Positions 61,679 to 64,000 of a stretch of 64,000 nt of DNA are shown piece after piece. The notes beneath the pieces were generated by a model. It saw nothing but the letters and a program-made list of their open reading frames with translations. It did no database searches and was not told the origin of the DNA. The position numbers and the translations under genes were made by a program. Position 1 is the stretch's first letter; every line of letters begins with the position of its first letter. The stretch is from Chryseolinea sp. GTDB lineage: Bacteria > Bacteroidota > Bacteroidia > Cytophagales > Cyclobacteriaceae. The stretch is from assembly GCA_035489615.1 (NCBI GenBank), contig DATHKA010000522.1, positions 2,420 to 66,419 on the forward strand. Direction: 5' to 3'.

Positions 61679-61757
61679 CTCACTTTTTGCCAAATGGCAA
61701 ATGATTTTTCTTTTAAACGTGCAACCTTTGCAATACATTTTTAAAAGAGAAAAAAAT

Positions 61758-62693
61758 ATGCCGACAATTTTCATTACAGGTGGACACAGTGGTATTGGTA
61801 TTGAGTGTTGCAAACTTCTTGCTTTAACATATCATTATAATTTGATTTTAGCTGGCCGCAGTCCTGAACGAATGGAAGCTTTCGCACAAGAATTAAGAAA
61901 TTCTTATGGTGTAAAAGTAAATCTACTTACAATGGACACATCGTCTTTGGCTTCTGTAAGGGCAGGTGTTGCACAATGTCGCAATATGCTTGATAATGGC
62001 GAAATTGATTCCTTGCAGGCAATTATTTGCAATGCAGGGGTTCGACTAAACGGGGCGGTTTCTTACACTGTAGATGGCTACGAGGAAACATTTGCCACCA
62101 ACTATTTAGGACACGTTCTATTAGTAGAATTACTTATTGACCGGGTAGCCAACAATGGACGAATTGTGTTTACCGCAAGCGGAACACACGACCCCGACGA
62201 AGCAGATGGAAAAATTATGGGTATTGCGGCAGAGTATGACGCAATAGAACTTGCTAATTCAGGTAAGGATGGTAAAAAACCACTTTCACCGGGTAAGTCA
62301 TATTCTACATCAAAACTGTGTATGATACTTAATGCCTATGAATTGGGTAGAAGATTAAAAAAGTCCGGCAGCTCTATTTCATCTATTGCTTATGATCCAG
62401 GTGCAACTTCAGGAACAGGTTTTTTAAGAAATATGCCAAAACCTCTTCAATGGCTTGCCAGTAGTGCATTGATGCATTGGGTGATGAAGCGAAATGGGGT
62501 GACTATGGGAGATATTGTTTTTTCGGGCAGATCCCTTGCTAAAGTTGCTGCAGATCCTGCTTATACAAACGCTTCAGGGAAATATTTCCAATCAAATAGT
62601 GGTAAATTGAATGAAAGGCGCTCTTCAAAATTATCGTACGACGAGAAAAGAGCATTGAAATTATGGAATGATACTAAAAAGCTTATCCAATGA
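61758..62693 (+). CDS. Short-chain dehydrogenase/reductase (retinol dehydrogenase/protochlorophyllide-reductase-like)
   Basis: ITGGHSGIG, ICNAG, FATNYLGH, YSTSK and DPG motifs. Confidence 0.9.
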   Translation: MPTIFITGGHSGIGIECCKLLALTYHYNLILAGRSPERMEAFAQELRNSYGVKVNLLTMDTSSLASVRAGVAQCRNMLDNGEIDSLQAIICNAGVRLNGAVSYTVDGYEETFATNYLGHVLLVELLIDRVANNGRIVFTASGTHDPDEADGKIMGIAAEYDAIELANSGKDGKKPLSPGKSYSTSKLCMILNAYELGRRLKKSGSSISSIAYDPGATSGTGFLRNMPKPLQWLASSALMHWVMKRNGVTMGDIVFSGRSLAKVAADPAYTNASGKYFQSNSGKLNERRSSKLSYDEKRALKLWNDTKKLIQ

Positions 62694-62700
62694 TTATTCA

Positions 62701-62784
62701 GATATTATGGAGCCTTATCGTCCGTTTGCAGATGCGTTGGTCTATGAAATTATACGGAATGGGGAAGACCATACTGAACTCAAT
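62701..62784 (+). pseudogene. cas1: cas1 internal fragment (type II-C, Bacteroidota-like)
   Basis: Translates DIMEPYRPFADALVYEIIRNGEDHTELN, matching the recalled Cas1 catalytic D-I-M-E-P-Y-R-P-x-x-D-x-L-V motif; no 5' part. Confidence 0.7.
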
Positions 62785-62817
62785 GCCTCTTCGGATGGTA
62801 TACCGAACATATCTTCA

Positions 62818-62853
62818 GTTGTCAAAGATCGTCTGTTGAAAGCAACTCACAAC
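62818..62853. CRISPR. Solitary 36-bp CRISPR-like repeat
   Basis: GTTGTCAAAGATCGTCTGTTGAAAGCAACTCACAAC, with GTTGT..ACAAC termini. The reverse complement GTTGTGAGTTGCTTTCA..ATCTTTGA resembles recalled Bacteroidota II-C repeats. Lies 33 bp from the cas1 fragment. Confidence 0.6.
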
Positions 62854-63062
62854 TCTATTAGCTTTTTCAGGAATAATAAAGGCAGGCTCAATTGTCTGAC
62901 ACGGCCTAATAGTCTTTATAAATGTAACTCACGCTTCCGTCCAAATTCGCTCACCTTCGTCCGCCTACGTGCAAATGCCCAATCGTCATCTCATCAAAGA
63001 CTACAAATTTACGACTTATCACCGGCACGAAGTTGGTAAGTCGAGTGTGTAATCTCTCCCTT

Positions 63063-64000
63063 ATGCTCAAATCCTACTTCATCGTTGCCCTGCGAAACTT
63101 ACTGAAAAGCAAAGTTTACTCTCTCATTAATATAACAGGACTTGCCATCGGATTGGCCTGTGCTCTGGCGATCGGAATTTTCCTCGCCGATGAGTTCAGT
63201 TATGACCGTTTTCATGATCGCGCCGATCACATCTACCGAGTTGTGCAAACACAGGACCAGAACGGCGAGTTGTACCAGGTTGCGTCCAGCCCTGCACCCA
63301 TGGCAGACGCACTCAGAGCCGACTTCAGCGAAGTGATCGGCTCCTGCCTCGTGGGTTACAATCGGACTGGCGTGTTGCAGGCAGGTGGAACGACGATAGA
63401 GGTACCGCATATAACCGTCGCTAATCAAGGATTTCTCGACGTGTTCGACTTCGAATTGATCCGTGGCAATGCAAACGAGCTGTTCACCGACCCGCGGCAG
63501 ATCGTGATCAGCGACAAAACAGCGGAGTCTCTGTTCGGTCGCGACTGGCGGAGCCGTCATGACATCCTGGGAAGCACGATCGCCGTCCAGAAGAACCGCG
63601 AATTCTCGCTGGCCGGCATTTTACGCGAAGCGCCGGAAAACTCACACATCCAGTACGACGCCATCCTCGCCTTCGATCCCGCAGGCGACGGAAACACTAA
63701 CTGGTTCAGCAACAACTACCACACCTATATTGAGCTAGCTGAAGGCGCTAGTACTTCAGATCTCAATGAAAAGCTAGCTACGTACATCGACAGATACTCT
63801 AACCCGACGACACGCACTTTCAAATCGCCTGCCTTCTACCTTCAACCACTCACGGACATTTACCTTCACTCCGATTTTGACTTTCATACAGACTGGACCA
63901 AAACGAGCAGTATAATATATGTGCGCGTGTTCCTGGCGGTAGGCGCTGTCGTGCTGCTCATTGCTATCTTCAACTTCATTAATCTCTCCACAGCACGTGC
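63063..64000 (+). CDS. ABC transporter permease (MacB/FtsX), partial, runs off the window end
   Basis: MLKSYFIVALRNLLKSKVYSLINITGLAIGLAC...DEFSYDRFH...IAIFNFINLSTAR; absent from the ORF track because no stop falls in the window. Confidence 0.9.
   Translation, partial: MLKSYFIVALRNLLKSKVYSLINITGLAIGLACALAIGIFLADEFSYDRFHDRADHIYRVVQTQDQNGELYQVASSPAPMADALRADFSEVIGSCLVGYNRTGVLQAGGTTIEVPHITVANQGFLDVFDFELIRGNANELFTDPRQIVISDKTAESLFGRDWRSRHDILGSTIAVQKNREFSLAGILREAPENSHIQYDAILAFDPAGDGNTNWFSNNYHTYIELAEGASTSDLNEKLATYIDRYSNPTTRTFKSPAFYLQPLTDIYLHSDFDFHTDWTKTSSIIYVRVFLAVGAVVLLIAIFNFINLSTAR

Noticed and set aside
62854-62883. 10-11 nt matches of the putative spacer to about 21985 and 41985 (self-targeting)
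   Set aside because: Matches this short in T/A-rich sequence are expected by chance.
62891-62934. Possible degenerate second CRISPR repeat (ATTGTC...AACTCACGC)
   Set aside because: Wrong length (44 nt) and spacing, and only the ends match, so an array is not supported.
324-63560. Many 60-240 aa ORFs antisense to or overlapping well-supported genes (e.g. 7982..8707, 29665..30294, 49790..50677, 63099..63560)
   Set aside because: Shadow ORFs of real genes with no independent motifs.

Overview
A 64-kb chromosomal window from a Bacteroidota genome, probably Cytophagales-like. The taxon call rests on a SusC/SusD pair, T9SS C-terminal domains, TAnnTTTG promoter boxes and many MacB/FtsX-like permeases. 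It reads as a mosaic plasticity zone with these blocks: (1) six paralogous ~800-aa ABC permease genes with no ATPase gene, one frameshifted and one running off the window end; (2) an RsbQ-like hydrolase, a PAS histidine kinase and a divergent receiver; (3) an ECF-sigma/FecR/SusC/SusD locus with a Tat-signalled ManD/RspA-family dehydratase, an HpcH aldolase and two head-to-head ~800-aa secreted paralogues of unknown function; (4) pta-ackA; (5) a redoxin plus a His-rich membrane sensor lacking an output domain; (6) a MarR/FMN-reductase/SnoaL module with visible operators; (7) an extended arsenic operon, arsR-arsM-arsC-orf-acr3-sigZ-PAP2, whose orf is broken by an 8-bp tandem duplication; (8) T9SS cargo genes, including an M43 protease with a 1140-nt internal duplication and a DUF1566/C-type-lectin protein whose last ~40 codons look like a diversity-generating retroelement (DGR) variable region, although no template repeat or reverse transcriptase is in the window; (9) tandem AraC, ABM, Crp and SDR genes; (10) a cas1 relic with a solitary 36-bp CRISPR-like repeat. 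Several short gene relics mark the junctions. All family assignments come from motif recognition by eye; no database searches were run.
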